DNA from: an uncultured Nitrososphaerota archaeon | GTDB taxonomy: Archaea; Thermoproteota; Nitrososphaeria; Conexivisphaerales; DTJL01 | Direction: 5' to 3' | NCBI GenBank assembly: GCA_963842885.1 | Contig: CAWJIE010000004.1 | Span: 64,001 to 128,000, forward strand | DNA length: 64,000 nucleotides | Shown here: piece by piece, positions 17,857 through 29,265 of the stretch | Layout of the letters: every line of letters starts with the position of its first letter | Numbering within the stretch: the stretch's first letter is position 1 | Position numbers and translations under genes: made by a program | Notes under the pieces: generated by a model | What the model saw: the letters and a program-made list of their open reading frames with translations, nothing else | What the model was told of the DNA's origin: nothing | The model's database searches: none

Positions 17857-18292
17857 GTCTTCTACAGGTCTGCTACGACTTGACTCCTTTTAAGAATGAG
17901 CTAGGAGGCGAGCGAGACGCGCCATGCGGAGCCCTCCCCACTCCTTCCCCAAGTTGGGGTTTCTCAGCGAGCCTCCCTTCACATAAACAGTTATTATCCC
18001 GATGTAGAGATGCTCAATCGAGCCCCAGTAGCTCAGCGGTGGAGCAAACCAGAAGTTGGAGCTTAGTCGCCTCGTAAGTGGAATCTGAACCTGCTGCGTC
18101 AAGAGGAAAGGTTCCAGTCGAGAGAGCGATAGGTCGGGGGTCCAAAAGTGCGACGCGCTGGAATTCCCCCCTGGGGCTTCTTCCATATCCCGAGCACGCA
18201 GCATCTACGTCGATTCTACGGTCAGAGGCTGCGTTGCGGCTGCCAACTAACGGGAAGGGGGAGGCAGAAGCGGTCTTGGGCATCCGACCACG

Positions 18293-18306
18293 GAAAAAGC
18301 TTTAAT
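18293..18306 (+). promoter_or_regulatory. BRE/TATA promoter of tRNA-Leu
   Basis: GAAAAAGC-TTTAAT about 30 nt upstream of the tRNA. Confidence 0.55.
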
Positions 18307-18331
18307 GCTGAAGGATTGAGTTTTTCGCTGG

Positions 18332-18419
18332 GCGGGGGTCGCCCAGCCTGGTCAAAGGCGTAGGCCTGAGGCGCCTATCCAGTAGTGGTTCGTGGGTTCG
18401 AATCCCACCCCCCGCACCA
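18332..18419 (+). tRNA. tRNA-Leu(GAG)
   Basis: Anticodon arm TAGGC-CTGAGGC-GCCTA, long variable arm, GGTTCGAATCCC, ACCA end. Confidence 0.95.
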
Positions 18420-18509
18420 ACTTCCTCCTTCTGAGCTGACAGCGAATCGCGCGTCGATTGCTCGATGGCCATCTTCAATCGGAACGCTGTTCTCCGCCCC
18501 ACGGCCGCC

Positions 18510-20093
18510 CTAGGTGACTTGGACGGTGACATAGTGCCACCCCGTGGCCCCGCTCGGGAAGGGGTCGGCCATGCCTTCGGTCTGCAGGTTCCCGTCCCCG
18601 TCGGTGGCCCTCACAATCACGTCGTACGTCCCCGTGGCGGACGGATTCCAGTCGAACGACCACAGGACCCAGGAATTCCCTGAAAGTGGAGCCGCCAAGG
18701 TCGCCGGAGCCCATGTGTTGGCCTTGTCCGTGCTCACCTCCACCTTGGAGATGCCCCGATCGCCGGCGAAAGCCACGCCTACGATGGTGGTCGGACTGCC
18801 ATGAGCTACCTGAGTGGGGCTGGTCACTCCGAAACGGTCGGCCAGGGCGTCGTTCCCGACGTTCACGATCGTTGAGCCGGTCTGGTATTTGGCTTCGTTA
18901 GCCCATCCGGAGCGTTGCCAGAAGCCTTGGTAGGTCTGGTCTGCAAGCTGTATTTCTGTGATCCATTTGGGGTTCATCATGCCGTAGTATCCAGGGACGA
19001 TCGCCCGCAGCGGGTACCCGTGGTCCCTCGGAAGCGGGGAGTCGTTCATTTCGTAGGCCAGGATTGTGGCCTCCTCCATCGCCTTGCTGAGCGGTATGCC
19101 CACGTCGTACTGGTCAGAGCACTTGAAGACCACGTAGGTCGCCTGGGCCTGAACGCCTGCGGTGGCGAGGACGTCCTTGAGCTTCACTCCCGTCCATTTG
19201 GCAGTGCTCATGAGGTCCCCTCCCACTGCGTTGCTGATGCACTCGAGGGTGTTGTACTGCTCAACCGCAGGGAGCGCCTTCAGCTGGTCGTAGCCCAACG
19301 TCATAGGGTTGCTGACGAGCCCTCCGACCTTGATGGACCAAGACGAAGCCTGGACGGAGGGCGTGAAGACGTTGATGTCGACGCGATAGAAGTTGACGTT
19401 CGCAGTGACCTCGCCGCCGTAGAAGCTGGAGAGGTCGCTCGTGCGCACCTTCCCCGGCTGCAGGAACCCTAGGCCATAGAGGGTCAGGGCTGCGAAGGCG
19501 GCTATCGCCCCCCCAGCGAGGATCGACGAACGACGCCTTGTGTCGACGGGCCTGAAATCCTCGGGCAGCACTTCCCTGTCGAGGCCCGTCGGGGCATACC
19601 TGGCCTCCAGAGAGGTCAGCGAAAACCCGAAGAGGAGCAGGGGAGGGACGAGCTCGATGGCCAAGGCCGTCGTCGATATGGGCTGAGAGTTGATCTGTGT
19701 GATGGAGAGAAAGAGACCTGAAAGGAGGAGCGTCACGACGTACGAAACCCCGGCGATGGCCAACCCTTTCGGCAGAAGCCTACTCCGGTTGACCTCGCTC
19801 AGGTTGAGGAAAAGCACTGCGATCAGGCCATAGAGGATAAGGTTCACGGCTATGGCCACGGTGTACATCGTGTATTTGGCGAGAAGGCCTAGGCTCTCAA
19901 CGGCTCCCGCCTCCAGTTGGCCGGGGACCACTGAGAAGAAGGCCTGAGAGGCAAGCTCCGGGAGGAAGGGACCTCCCGCGAACAGTCTGAGAACGAAGGA
20001 GAGCGCCACGGCGAGGGCCCCTGCGCCGACTCCGAGTGCGAAAATACTTAGCTTGGGGCCAGCCAATTCAATGACCGCCCAAGACAGAGTCAC
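18510..20093 (-). CDS. Membrane-anchored sulfite oxidase-family molybdopterin oxidoreductase
   Basis: N-terminal TM helices; TLECISN, HGYPLRAIVPGYYGMMNPKW, GVAFAGDRGISKVEVS. Confidence 0.88.
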   Translation of the reverse strand: MTLSWAVIELAGPKLSIFALGVGAGALAVALSFVLRLFAGGPFLPELASQAFFSVVPGQLEAGAVESLGLLAKYTMYTVAIAVNLILYGLIAVLFLNLSEVNRSRLLPKGLAIAGVSYVVTLLLSGLFLSITQINSQPISTTALAIELVPPLLLFGFSLTSLEARYAPTGLDREVLPEDFRPVDTRRRSSILAGGAIAAFAALTLYGLGFLQPGKVRTSDLSSFYGGEVTANVNFYRVDINVFTPSVQASSWSIKVGGLVSNPMTLGYDQLKALPAVEQYNTLECISNAVGGDLMSTAKWTGVKLKDVLATAGVQAQATYVVFKCSDQYDVGIPLSKAMEEATILAYEMNDSPLPRDHGYPLRAIVPGYYGMMNPKWITEIQLADQTYQGFWQRSGWANEAKYQTGSTIVNVGNDALADRFGVTSPTQVAHGSPTTIVGVAFAGDRGISKVEVSTDKANTWAPATLAAPLSGNSWVLWSFDWNPSATGTYDVIVRATDGDGNLQTEGMADPFPSGATGWHYVTVQVT

Positions 20094-20456
20094 TATTCGG
20101 GGAGACTAAGACCCGGAACCGAAAGCCATGTCCCAAGTGAAAGACGCCGGGGGCATAAGCAAAAGGCCGACAACGCGCCCACCTAGACGTCCTCATCTTC
20201 TTCGCATACCCGTGAAGGCCGGGATTGTCACAGGGCTATTAGCGTTGTCGAGCTTCCTACGTAAGCAGTGTCAGGGAATCGCAGACCGAGGAAACAATCT
20301 TGTGCAGGATGGCAGCCAGGGGGAACTCGGCCGGCTCCACTCCAAGAGCTCCTGAGGTCCTGGATTCCGTTCCCGGCATCCACCTCTGCGTAGTCTCCGG
20401 GAATCATCAGAAAGGCGCACTACGGCCGTGCTCCGGCGCGCTCTAGGCCATCAGGA

Positions 20457-20786
20457 TCAGCGCTTTATGTTGGTGACCAGCAGCTTGAACTGAAGGGTCT
20501 TGCCCACCATTGGATGCCTGCCCGTCCTGCCGTAGGCCTTCTCCGGAGGAAGAATTACTTCTTTGGTGTCGTTCACCTTGATGCCTAGGAGGGCCTCTTC
20601 GAATCCGGAAATGACCTGATGGGCGCCCAGCGTCACCTGGAGCGGCGTGTAATCCCTTGCCGGGTTGAATATCCCGGCCTTGATCGCCTCTCCCTTCATG
20701 CTGGTGTCGAAGACCTTCCCGCCCGGGAACTTGCCGACGTAGTGAACTGAGATGACGTCACCGTTCTGAGCCACAAGGGAGCTCAT
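20457..20786 (-). CDS. FKBP-type peptidyl-prolyl isomerase
   Basis: VHYVG...VFDTS, VISGFEEAL, PPEKAYG, HPMVGKTLQF. Confidence 0.9.
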   Translation of the reverse strand: MSSLVAQNGDVISVHYVGKFPGGKVFDTSMKGEAIKAGIFNPARDYTPLQVTLGAHQVISGFEEALLGIKVNDTKEVILPPEKAYGRTGRHPMVGKTLQFKLLVTNIKR

Positions 20787-20967
20787 GATGCGTGCTCCGT
20801 TGGCTTTGCCGTATTTAGGTTTTGGCCGAACGCAGTTCTGTTTCACAGTGATGAGGTAAGAAGGGTTAAATAACCGTCTCATAAGCCTCAAGACAACGCA
20901 GAAGCTGTTGCAGAGTCTTCAGGTAAGACTGACGCTCGAACGACGCTTTGGTGTGTGAACAAACAAC

Positions 20968-22224
20968 ATGAGAGGATTTGAGGGCTTGGGTCTGGACCCA
21001 AGGCTCCTAAGAAGTCTGAACGATTTGGGGTTCACGGAGCCCTTCCCGATTCAAGAGCGGGCTATACAGCCCATACTGGACGGAACCGACGTGATAGGGC
21101 AGGCGAAGACCGGCTCGGGGAAGACGGCGGCCTTCGGACTGCCGCTTCTTCAGCTTGTGGACCCAGGCATGAACAAGGTGCAGGCCCTGATATTGGCTCC
21201 GACCAGGGAACTGGCGGTGCAGATCACCGAGGAGCTCAGGAGGCTGGGGAAGTACATGGGGGTGAGAATCGTCACCGTGTACGGGGGCCAGTCCATCAAC
21301 GTGCAGCTCGAGGAGCTGGCCGACGGAGCGGAAATAGTAGTGGGGACCCCTGGGAGGGTCATCGATTTCATCGATCACAACGAGCTCAACCTCGGGAATG
21401 TGAGATATGTCGTCCTTGACGAAGCGGACAGGATGTTGGACATGGGCTTCATCGACGACATCGAGTATATCCTCGAGGCGGCGCCTGGCCGCAGGCAGAT
21501 GAGCCTCTTCTCGGCCACCATGCCCGATGAGATCATCAGGCTCTCTGCGAAGTACATGAGCCAGCCGGAGAAGATACTGGTGAGCGCCGACGAGCCCTCC
21601 GTGGACGAGCTGGACCAGTACTATACCCTCGTTGAGGACGGGGCGGAGAAGTTCCAGAAGCTCATCGCCCTGCTGAAGAAGGAGAACCCGACCAGCGCCA
21701 TGGTGTTCACCAGGACGAAGACGGGCGCCCACAGGCTCGCCCGGGAGCTGGAGAAGAGGTTCTTCAACGTAACACCCCTCCATGGAGACCTGTCGCAGTA
21801 CCAGAGGGACAGATCCATGAACGCGTTCAGGACAGGGAGGGTGGACATACTCGTAGCCACCGACGTAGCCGCGAGGGGCATCGACGTCCCTGGCGTCCAG
21901 CTGGTGGTGAACTACGACTTCCCCGAAGATCCGCTCATCTACTTCCACCGGGTGGGGCGCACGGCACGGGCTGGGAGCATAGGGAAGTCGATCGCTCTAA
22001 TCGCGCCGGACGACTTCATCGTCTTCAGGCAGGTCCAGGAGCTTACGAAGGTCACCATAAAGCCGCTTAGCCCGTCCGACGAGAACCCTACCTTCATCGG
22101 CCGACACAGGGGTCAGGGGTACAGGGGGAGGAGCGGCGCTCAGCATCAGGGAGATCGTAGGGGCGGATACCGCCACGGTCCGAGGGGCGGACGCCCGAGC
22201 TACCGGAGAGGCACTCGCGAATAG
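20968..22224 (+). CDS. DEAD-box RNA helicase
   Basis: Q motif, AKTGSGKT, PTRELA, DEAD, SAT, HRVGRTAR; RG-rich tail. Confidence 0.95.
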   Translation: MRGFEGLGLDPRLLRSLNDLGFTEPFPIQERAIQPILDGTDVIGQAKTGSGKTAAFGLPLLQLVDPGMNKVQALILAPTRELAVQITEELRRLGKYMGVRIVTVYGGQSINVQLEELADGAEIVVGTPGRVIDFIDHNELNLGNVRYVVLDEADRMLDMGFIDDIEYILEAAPGRRQMSLFSATMPDEIIRLSAKYMSQPEKILVSADEPSVDELDQYYTLVEDGAEKFQKLIALLKKENPTSAMVFTRTKTGAHRLARELEKRFFNVTPLHGDLSQYQRDRSMNAFRTGRVDILVATDVAARGIDVPGVQLVVNYDFPEDPLIYFHRVGRTARAGSIGKSIALIAPDDFIVFRQVQELTKVTIKPLSPSDENPTFIGRHRGQGYRGRSGAQHQGDRRGGYRHGPRGGRPSYRRGTRE

Positions 22225-22411
22225 GCTCGCCCTAGAACCCATACTTCGTTCTACAGACGGCAGTTCAGAGCAGACGTTTCCCTATCATCCGATGTGGAGA
22301 AAGGAATGGATGGCGGAACAAAAAACCTCTCCGCCCTTTCGTGGCGATTCACGTTCCGTCTAGACCGAGGAGAGGTTCATTCATTCTCTCCCGCATCGAC
22401 GTCTACGTGAT

Positions 22412-22753
22412 CTACTGATCTTGCCCAGCTGGCTCGGCATCTGTTGATGCGGGAGCCTCCGCCGGTTGCGAAGGTGCGTTTTCTGTGGGGGAGACGATCT
22501 CCGCTGTCGCGTATCTGTTGGAGACGTTGGTGATCTTTACCTTGAGCTTCTGGCCGGTCTTCGCACCGGTTACAAAGATGATGAATCCCTGAACCTTTGC
22601 GATGCCGTCGCCGCGCCTTGAAATCTCAGTGATTTCTACGTCGTATTCCTCGCCAGCCTTCACTGGCTTGGGAGCGAAGTTTCTTGGGCCTCCGAAGCCT
22701 CCACCGAAGCTCCTTCTGGCACCGTATCCTCCACTTCGTTGTCCGTAACTCAT
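22412..22753 (-). CDS. Single TRAM-domain RNA-binding protein
   Basis: PVKAGEEYDVEI...RRGDGIAKVQGFIIFV. Confidence 0.9.
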   Translation of the reverse strand: MSYGQRSGGYGARRSFGGGFGGPRNFAPKPVKAGEEYDVEITEISRRGDGIAKVQGFIIFVTGAKTGQKLKVKITNVSNRYATAEIVSPTENAPSQPAEAPASTDAEPAGQDQ

Positions 22754-22822
22754 GCCTTATGCACTCGTGAGCTTCCGGCCTTGTTTCCTGTTGTATTAAC
22801 GTTCTGCTGTCGTCAGCCGGGA

Positions 22823-23830
22823 TCAGGAGTATCCCTTAGCCATCTCTCTAATCATGAGCTGGACATCATCGCCAAGAGGGTAGAGTATAGGACAGGTGGC
22901 GCCGCTCTCCATATATTGCTTCACCTTCTGCCGGCAGTCCTCCGGCGTCCCGGATGCCGTCAGCATGTCCACCATCTTGTCGTCCACGAGATGTTTGGCC
23001 TTCTCCAGTCCACCGGGTTTGGCGGGCCATCCGCCCAAGGCGTCGCTTATCTCCTTGACGAGCCCCTCGCTGATGCCGTTGGCCTTGGCGATGTGAGGCT
23101 GCTGACCCACGTACATGGTGACGAGGTTGCGAGAGCTGTCGAGGGCCTTGTCGGCGTCCTGGTCCATGGAGCAGACGACGAGCTGAGGCCTGTCTATCTC
23201 GGCCATCTTGCGGTGGGCCTTTCTCGCTCCGATCCTGAGGTGCTCCATGGCTTCGTGGTTGTATTTCGGAGAGACTAGGTAGTTCAGGACGACGCCGTCA
23301 GCGATCATGCCGGTCAGCTCCATCATCTGCATTCCGGTCGCGCCGATGTAAATCGGGATGTCCCGGACGCTCTTGTCGCCGTAGACGATGTCCAGCTGGA
23401 TGTCCTGGACCTTGACAAAGTCGCCCTGGAAGGTCACGTTCTTCATCTTGAACAGCTCCTTGAGCACGGTGACGTATTCCCTCATGGCCACTAGAGGCCT
23501 GTCCCGGTGGATTCCCACCTTAGAAGCCAGCGGGTCCCACCAGGCCCCGAGACCCAGCAGGACCCTCTTGGGCGCCAGGTCGTAGAGTGTTGAGTAGGTC
23601 GAAGCCATAATGCCGACGTTGCGAGTCCAGTTGTTGACGACGCCGCTACCCACCTTTATCTTGTTCGTGACGGCCGCGACGGCGGCCATGGGGACGATGG
23701 CGTCTCTCACGAGCCTGGACTCCGCGAACCAGACGGCCTCGAAGCCATGCCTCTCGGCATAGCGGCCGAAGGACATCTCCTCGCGGATGGAGTGCTTGTC
23801 CTGCATGTAAAGCGCCAGCCTGTCTGCCAA
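22823..23830 (-). CDS. LLM-class (luciferase-like, Mer-like) oxidoreductase, probably F420-dependent
   Basis: AERHGFEAVWFAE, LGLGA, IPIYIGATG, ADGVVLN. Confidence 0.85.
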   Translation of the reverse strand: MADRLALYMQDKHSIREEMSFGRYAERHGFEAVWFAESRLVRDAIVPMAAVAAVTNKIKVGSGVVNNWTRNVGIMASTYSTLYDLAPKRVLLGLGAWWDPLASKVGIHRDRPLVAMREYVTVLKELFKMKNVTFQGDFVKVQDIQLDIVYGDKSVRDIPIYIGATGMQMMELTGMIADGVVLNYLVSPKYNHEAMEHLRIGARKAHRKMAEIDRPQLVVCSMDQDADKALDSSRNLVTMYVGQQPHIAKANGISEGLVKEISDALGGWPAKPGGLEKAKHLVDDKMVDMLTASGTPEDCRQKVKQYMESGATCPILYPLGDDVQLMIREMAKGYS

Positions 23831-23962
23831 TTCTCTTCTCGACAGGGTTAGGGTCGTCGCACTATTATAGTGTCGGTGAAGGATTGAACTTTTTGCACGT
23901 TCTTCCGGAAATCTTTTAAGAGTCCACAGAGCCGAGTAGCTCTCGACTCACGGTGCCTATTG

Positions 23963-24739
23963 ATGCCCAGCGTTCTTGAAATCGACAAGGTCGGAGTGCA
24001 GGTGGCCGACAAGAGGGTGGTGCAGGAGGTCTCCATGACGATCAGACAGGGAGAGATACATGCCCTGATGGGGCCCAATGGCTCGGGGAAGAGCTCCCTT
24101 TCATACGCACTCATGGGGCATCCCAAGTACAAGATCGTGTCAGGCGACATACGCCTCGATGGAGTCTCGCTGCTCCCCATGACCGCCACGGAGAGGGCGA
24201 GGCATGGCGTCTTCCTCGCCCTTCAGTATCCGGTCGAGGTGTCCGGTGTGACGCTTTTCAACTTCCTTCGCAGCTCCTACAGCGCCATCAAGCAGGGAGG
24301 GAAGGACGACGTGAAGATCTTGGCTCCCATAATCCCCTTCAGGAAGCTCGTCCAGCAGAAGCTCGACCTCCTGAAGGTGGACAACGCCTTCACAGCCCGG
24401 TATCTCAACGAGGGCCTGTCGGGAGGGGAGAAGAAGAGGTCGGAGATCCTCCAGATGGCCATCATGGAGCCCAAGATGGCCATCCTGGATGAAATCGACT
24501 CCGGCCTCGACATCGACGCCGTCAAGATCGTGGCCGAGACGCTCAACCGGCTGATGGGCCCCCAGCTCGGCCTCCTTCTCATCACCCACTACATCCGTAT
24601 ACTCCAGTTCGTGCAGCCGGAGTTCGTGCACGTCATGGCCGATGGCAAGATAGTGGCGGAGGGCGGCCCCGAACTGGCCAAGAAGCTCGAAGAGAAGGGC
24701 TATGGATGGCTTACTGAGAAGCCCGAAGCGCCTCAGTAG
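23963..24739 (+). CDS. sufC: Fe-S assembly ATPase SufC
   Basis: MGPNGSGKS, LNEGLSGGEKKR, DEIDSGLDID. Confidence 0.95.
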   Translation: MPSVLEIDKVGVQVADKRVVQEVSMTIRQGEIHALMGPNGSGKSSLSYALMGHPKYKIVSGDIRLDGVSLLPMTATERARHGVFLALQYPVEVSGVTLFNFLRSSYSAIKQGGKDDVKILAPIIPFRKLVQQKLDLLKVDNAFTARYLNEGLSGGEKKRSEILQMAIMEPKMAILDEIDSGLDIDAVKIVAETLNRLMGPQLGLLLITHYIRILQFVQPEFVHVMADGKIVAEGGPELAKKLEEKGYGWLTEKPEAPQ

Positions 24740-24802
24740 CTGACGCTGGGAACAGGAGCAACGCATATCTATGATGAGCCGTCTCATGCGTAGGTGTTCG
24801 AT

Positions 24803-26204
24803 TTGTCCGTAAGGGACAGAGTCAAACGTCGACTACAGCAAATACGACTTCAAGGACCCCGAGACTTCCGTCTTCACCACTGATCGGGGGCTTGACAAGG
24901 AGAAGGTCATCAGGATATCCAAGCACAAGAACGAGCCGGAATGGATGACGGAGTTCCGCGTCAGGGCATATGAGACGTTCAAGAAGAAGCCCATTCCAGT
25001 CTGGGGCGCCGACCTCTCCAACATCGACTTTGACAACATAAAGTACTACATCCAGCCCACGGACAAGAACGTCGGCAGCTGGGAAGCCCTCCCCGACGCC
25101 ATCAAGAACACCTTCGAAAGGCTGGGAGTGCCGGAGGCAGAGAGGAAGTTCATGGCCGGCGTGGGGGCGCAGTACGAATCCGAGGTCGTCTATCACAACA
25201 TGCGGAAGGACCTCGAGAAGCAGGGCGTCGTCTTCTCCGACATGGACACCGCCGTGCGTGAGTTCCCCGAAATCGTCAAGAAGTACTTCGGGACCGTGAT
25301 CCCAGTAAACGACAACACGTTTGCCGCCCTGAACAGCGCCGTCTGGAGCGGTGGCAGTTTCATTTACGTGCCGGAGGGGGTCAAGGTAGAGCAGCCGCTT
25401 CACGCTTACTTCAGGATAAACGCGGCGAACATGGGCCAGTTCGAGCGGACGCTCATCATAGCCGAGCCCTACAGCGACATCCATTACATCGAAGGATGCA
25501 CTGCACCAGTTTACACGTCTGATTCCCTTCACGCGGCCGTGGTTGAGCTCATCGCCAAGAAGGGTGCTCACATCAGGTACACGACCATTCAGAACTGGTC
25601 CAAGGACGTCTACAACCTGGTTACCAAGCGGGCCTTCGCTTACGAAGATGCCAGGGTCGAATGGATCGACGGCAACCTCGGCAGCAAGATCACCATGAAG
25701 TACCCCTCCATCTACCTCCTGGGAAGGGGAGCGAGGGCGGAGGTCCTTTCGGTCGCCATGGCAGGCAGTGGCCAGCATATCGACGCAGGCTCCAAGGTGC
25801 TACACCTGGCGCCTGACACGAGCTCGAGAATCACCTCGAAGTCGGTGTCCAAGGACGGAGGCAGGACCACCTACCGTGGTCAGCTTCTGGTGGCCAAGGG
25901 TGCGACGGGCGTCAAGAGCAGCGTACGGTGCGACGCGCTCATACTGGACGATAAGTCGAAGTCCGACACCTACCCCTACAACATGGTGAGCGAAAGCGAC
26001 ACCGTGTTGACTCATGAGGCGACGGTAGGGAAGATCGGAGAGGACCAGCTATTCTACCTGATGAGCAGGGGCCTTACTGAAGACGAAGCCCTGAACGCCG
26101 TAGTAATGGGGTTCATGGAGCCGTTCACGAAGGAACTCCCCATGGTCTATGCCATAGAGCTCAACAGGCTGATCGGCCTAGAGATGACAAACTCCGTCGG
26201 ATAG
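24803..26204 (+). CDS. sufB: Fe-S assembly protein SufB (one frameshift near 24825)
   Basis: GAQYESE, GQFERTLI, YIEGC, HEATVGKI; upstream frame NVDYSKYDFKDPE joins TTG 24803 by a 1-nt shift. Confidence 0.93.
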
Positions 26205-26236
26205 GATAGCCGGACATATTCCCTAGAGCGAGCCAT

Positions 26237-27533
26237 TTGTCTGATAATTCTCATATAGTAGCAGCAAGAGCTGAGAATCCTGTGTCAGAGAACCTCCTCA
26301 ACCGCATCAAGGAGCTTTCGAGCGAACTAGGGGAACCCGAGGAGGTCGCCGAAGCGCGAAAGAGCCAGCTTCTCCCTCTATGAGGCGCTTCCATATGAGA
26401 GGAACGTCCTCTTCGTGAAGAACTTCGAAAAACTTCCCGGGGACCCTACCGATTTTGCCCCGCGGGCCGGCGGCTCGCTGCCTGAGGGCGTCAGGTATTC
26501 GTTCGCGACCCTAGGAACGAAGCGCTTCGTCAGCTCGCTTCCGAAGGGAGTCGGGTTCAGTGAAGGACGCGAGGAGGGACTCCCCCTTCTGGCGCTCCCT
26601 CTGCCTACGGACGAAGACAAGATGTTCTACCTGAACGCCGCCTTCAGGGACTCCGACAACGTCATCTCGGTTGCCCCCGGCGAATCCGTCGTCGACCCAG
26701 TCGTCCGTCTGACGGTGTCGCCTCCCGGCATGTCGGCCACCTACCGCCATACCGAGATGGAGTTCGGTGAAGGGTCCACCTCCATCTTCTTCGACAGGAT
26801 AGTCGATTCGGCGGATTCGGGAGATGACCCTTCACTCCTGAGCGACGTCGTCGACGTTCGCCTGAAGCCTAACGCCGTGGTGACGTACGTCACGCTCTCC
26901 ACCGGCCGGAGGGAGAGGCTCCTTCACAACACTCACTTCGTCCTGGAAAGCGGGGCGAAGCTCACATACGTGGCCTGGTACGCGGCGTCTCCCTATGTGC
27001 GAGTGCGGACTGACGTCGTCCTGATGGGGGAAGGAGGCGAGGCCAACCTGTACTGGGGAGGCTTCCCGAAGAACGGATCTCGCTATGACTACATGGCCTA
27101 TGTCGAGCATCTGGGAAGGTCGACGAAGGGCTTCGCCCTCCAGAGGGGCCTGGTCGGAAGTCAGTCTAGGATGCTGCTCAAAGGGCTGATGACAATCCGT
27201 CATTCCGCCGTCAACGCCGACAGCCACCTCAGCCAGCACGCCCTCCTGCTCACGCGGGACTCGTTCGCCAACGCCATACCTGGGCTGGAGATTGAAACGA
27301 ACGAGCTCAAGGCGAAGCATTCTGCGTCCGTGTCCCAGCCGGATGAAGACCAGCTGTTTTACCTCATGAGCCGGGGGCTGACGAGGGAGGAGTCCATCAT
27401 GGAGATCGCGGGTGGCTACCTCAATCCTCTTGCGGTGAACATACCGGACAAGTCAGCCAGAGAAGCCTTCGAAGCTGAAATCGACAAGGCGCTGAAGGGC
27501 TATCCGGCTGGGCAGTCATCTCTCGAATCATAG
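26237..27533 (+). CDS. sufD: SufD-like protein (frameshift near 26360)
   Basis: AIPGLEIETNELKAKHSASV, QLFYLMSRG; position in the suf operon. Confidence 0.85.
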
Positions 27534-27613
27534 AGGACAGCTCCCAGGAGCGCCTAAGATGCACAGCATTAAAATAATGCGGGAGAGAGGAATCAAGCTT
27601 GTCAAGTAACCGG

Positions 27614-28861
27614 ATGGAAAACGAAATGGAGACCCAGCTTCTCGACGTCGACAGGATCAAGGCGGATTTCCCAATATTCTCTACGGCGACGAAGGGCAAG
27701 CCGCTCATTTATCTGGACAATGCCGCGACGTCGCAGAAGCCCCTGGTCGTTTTGAGGTCGTTGGAGGAGTTCTATTCGAGCTACAACTCCAACATCCACA
27801 GGGGGGTCTACCAGATCGCGGAAAAGGCTACGGCGGAATTTGAGGCTGCCCGCGAAAAGGTCCGCAGGTTCATCTCCGCGCCCTCCCCCGGGGAGGTGGT
27901 CTTCACCAAGAATACTACCGAGTCGCTAAACCTCGTCGCCCAGAGCTGGGGGAGGAGCTTCGTTTCGAAGGAGGACAAGATTGTCATCACCCTCTTGGAA
28001 CATCACAGCAACATCGTCCCCTGGCAGCAGCTGGCCGAAGAGAAGAAGGCCAGATTGGAGTTCGTCGTAGTGGACGCCGAAGGGAACCTCGACATGGAAG
28101 ATTATAGGGAGAAGGTCGTCGGAGCGAAGGTGGTGTCTTTCACACACGTTTCGAATGTCCTCGGCACCCTGAACCCCGTCAAGGAAATGACGAAGATGGC
28201 CAAGAAAGAAGGTGCCTTGGTCGTAATCGACGGCGCGCAGGCCGTGCCGCACATGCCCGTCAACGTGTCCGACATAGGCTGCGACTTCTACGCCTTCTCC
28301 GCCCACAAGATGTTGGGCCCCACGGGGGTGGGAGTGCTCTACGGAAGGCGCGAGCGCCTTGAAGAGATGCCGCCCTTCCTGACGGGTGGCGACATGATAA
28401 GCGAAGTGCACATATCGGGCGCGACGTGGAACGAGCTACCCTGGAAGTTCGAAGCTGGAACCTCGAATATCGCAGACGTGATAGCCTTCGGTGCGGCCAT
28501 CGACTACCTTTCCTCCATAGGGATGTCGGCTGTCCGCCGGCATGAAATACGCCTTACTGCCCACGCCCTGGACGTCCTCGGAAGAGAAGAGGGAGTCACT
28601 CTCTACGGCCCGAAGAGTCCGGAGCGGCGGGGAGGGGTCGTACCGTTCAACTTGAAGGATGTCCACCCGCATGACGTCGCAGCGGTCCTGGATGGCATGG
28701 GGATCGCCGTCAGGTCCGGCTACCACTGCGCCCAGCCTCTCCATGATTGGTTCGGGATTCCCAGCTCGGTCAGGGCCAGCTTCTATATCTACAACAAGGA
28801 GAGTGAGATTGACGCGCTAGCCGAAGGCGTCCGCAAGGCTGGAAAGGTGTTTGGTAATTGA
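27614..28861 (+). CDS. sufS: Cysteine desulfurase
   Basis: YLDNAATSQKP, EHHSN, SAHKMLGPTG, RSGYHCAQP. Confidence 0.95.
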   Translation: MENEMETQLLDVDRIKADFPIFSTATKGKPLIYLDNAATSQKPLVVLRSLEEFYSSYNSNIHRGVYQIAEKATAEFEAAREKVRRFISAPSPGEVVFTKNTTESLNLVAQSWGRSFVSKEDKIVITLLEHHSNIVPWQQLAEEKKARLEFVVVDAEGNLDMEDYREKVVGAKVVSFTHVSNVLGTLNPVKEMTKMAKKEGALVVIDGAQAVPHMPVNVSDIGCDFYAFSAHKMLGPTGVGVLYGRRERLEEMPPFLTGGDMISEVHISGATWNELPWKFEAGTSNIADVIAFGAAIDYLSSIGMSAVRRHEIRLTAHALDVLGREEGVTLYGPKSPERRGGVVPFNLKDVHPHDVAAVLDGMGIAVRSGYHCAQPLHDWFGIPSSVRASFYIYNKESEIDALAEGVRKAGKVFGN

Positions 28862-29259
28862 GTGATGAAATCTACAAGGAAATCATAATGGACCATTACA
28901 AGAATCCGAGGAACTTCGGGAAGCTCGAAGGCGCCGATTTCTCGGCCGAGGACAACAACCCCCTCTGCGGCGACCATGTCGAAATGGCCGTCAAGGTGAG
29001 CGATGGGAAGGTCGCTGACGTGAAGTTCATCGGCAGGGGATGCGCCATCAGCATGGCTGCCGCCTCCATCATCACGGAGCTCATTCAGGGCCTCTCAATG
29101 GAGGACCTGAGGAAGTTCGACAAGGAGCATCTCCTGGAGGCGATGGGGAACCCGGACCTCGGCCCTGTGAGGGTCAAGTGCGCACTCCTCCCCCTGAAGA
29201 CCCTGAAGCTGGGCCTCTACACGTATCTTTCAAAAGACACCGGAACCGCGGAAAAGTGA
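28858..29259 (+). CDS. sufU: SufU/IscU-type scaffold
   Basis: NPLCGD, GCAIS, RVKCALL. Confidence 0.93.
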   Translation: MSDEIYKEIIMDHYKNPRNFGKLEGADFSAEDNNPLCGDHVEMAVKVSDGKVADVKFIGRGCAISMAAASIITELIQGLSMEDLRKFDKEHLLEAMGNPDLGPVRVKCALLPLKTLKLGLYTYLSKDTGTAEK

Positions 29260-29265
29260 CCGAAG

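Noticed and set aside
17880-18290. RNase P RNA (GAGGAAAGGTTCC near 18103)
   Set aside because: Not the canonical GAGGAAAGUCC motif, and no matching 3' P4 strand was found.
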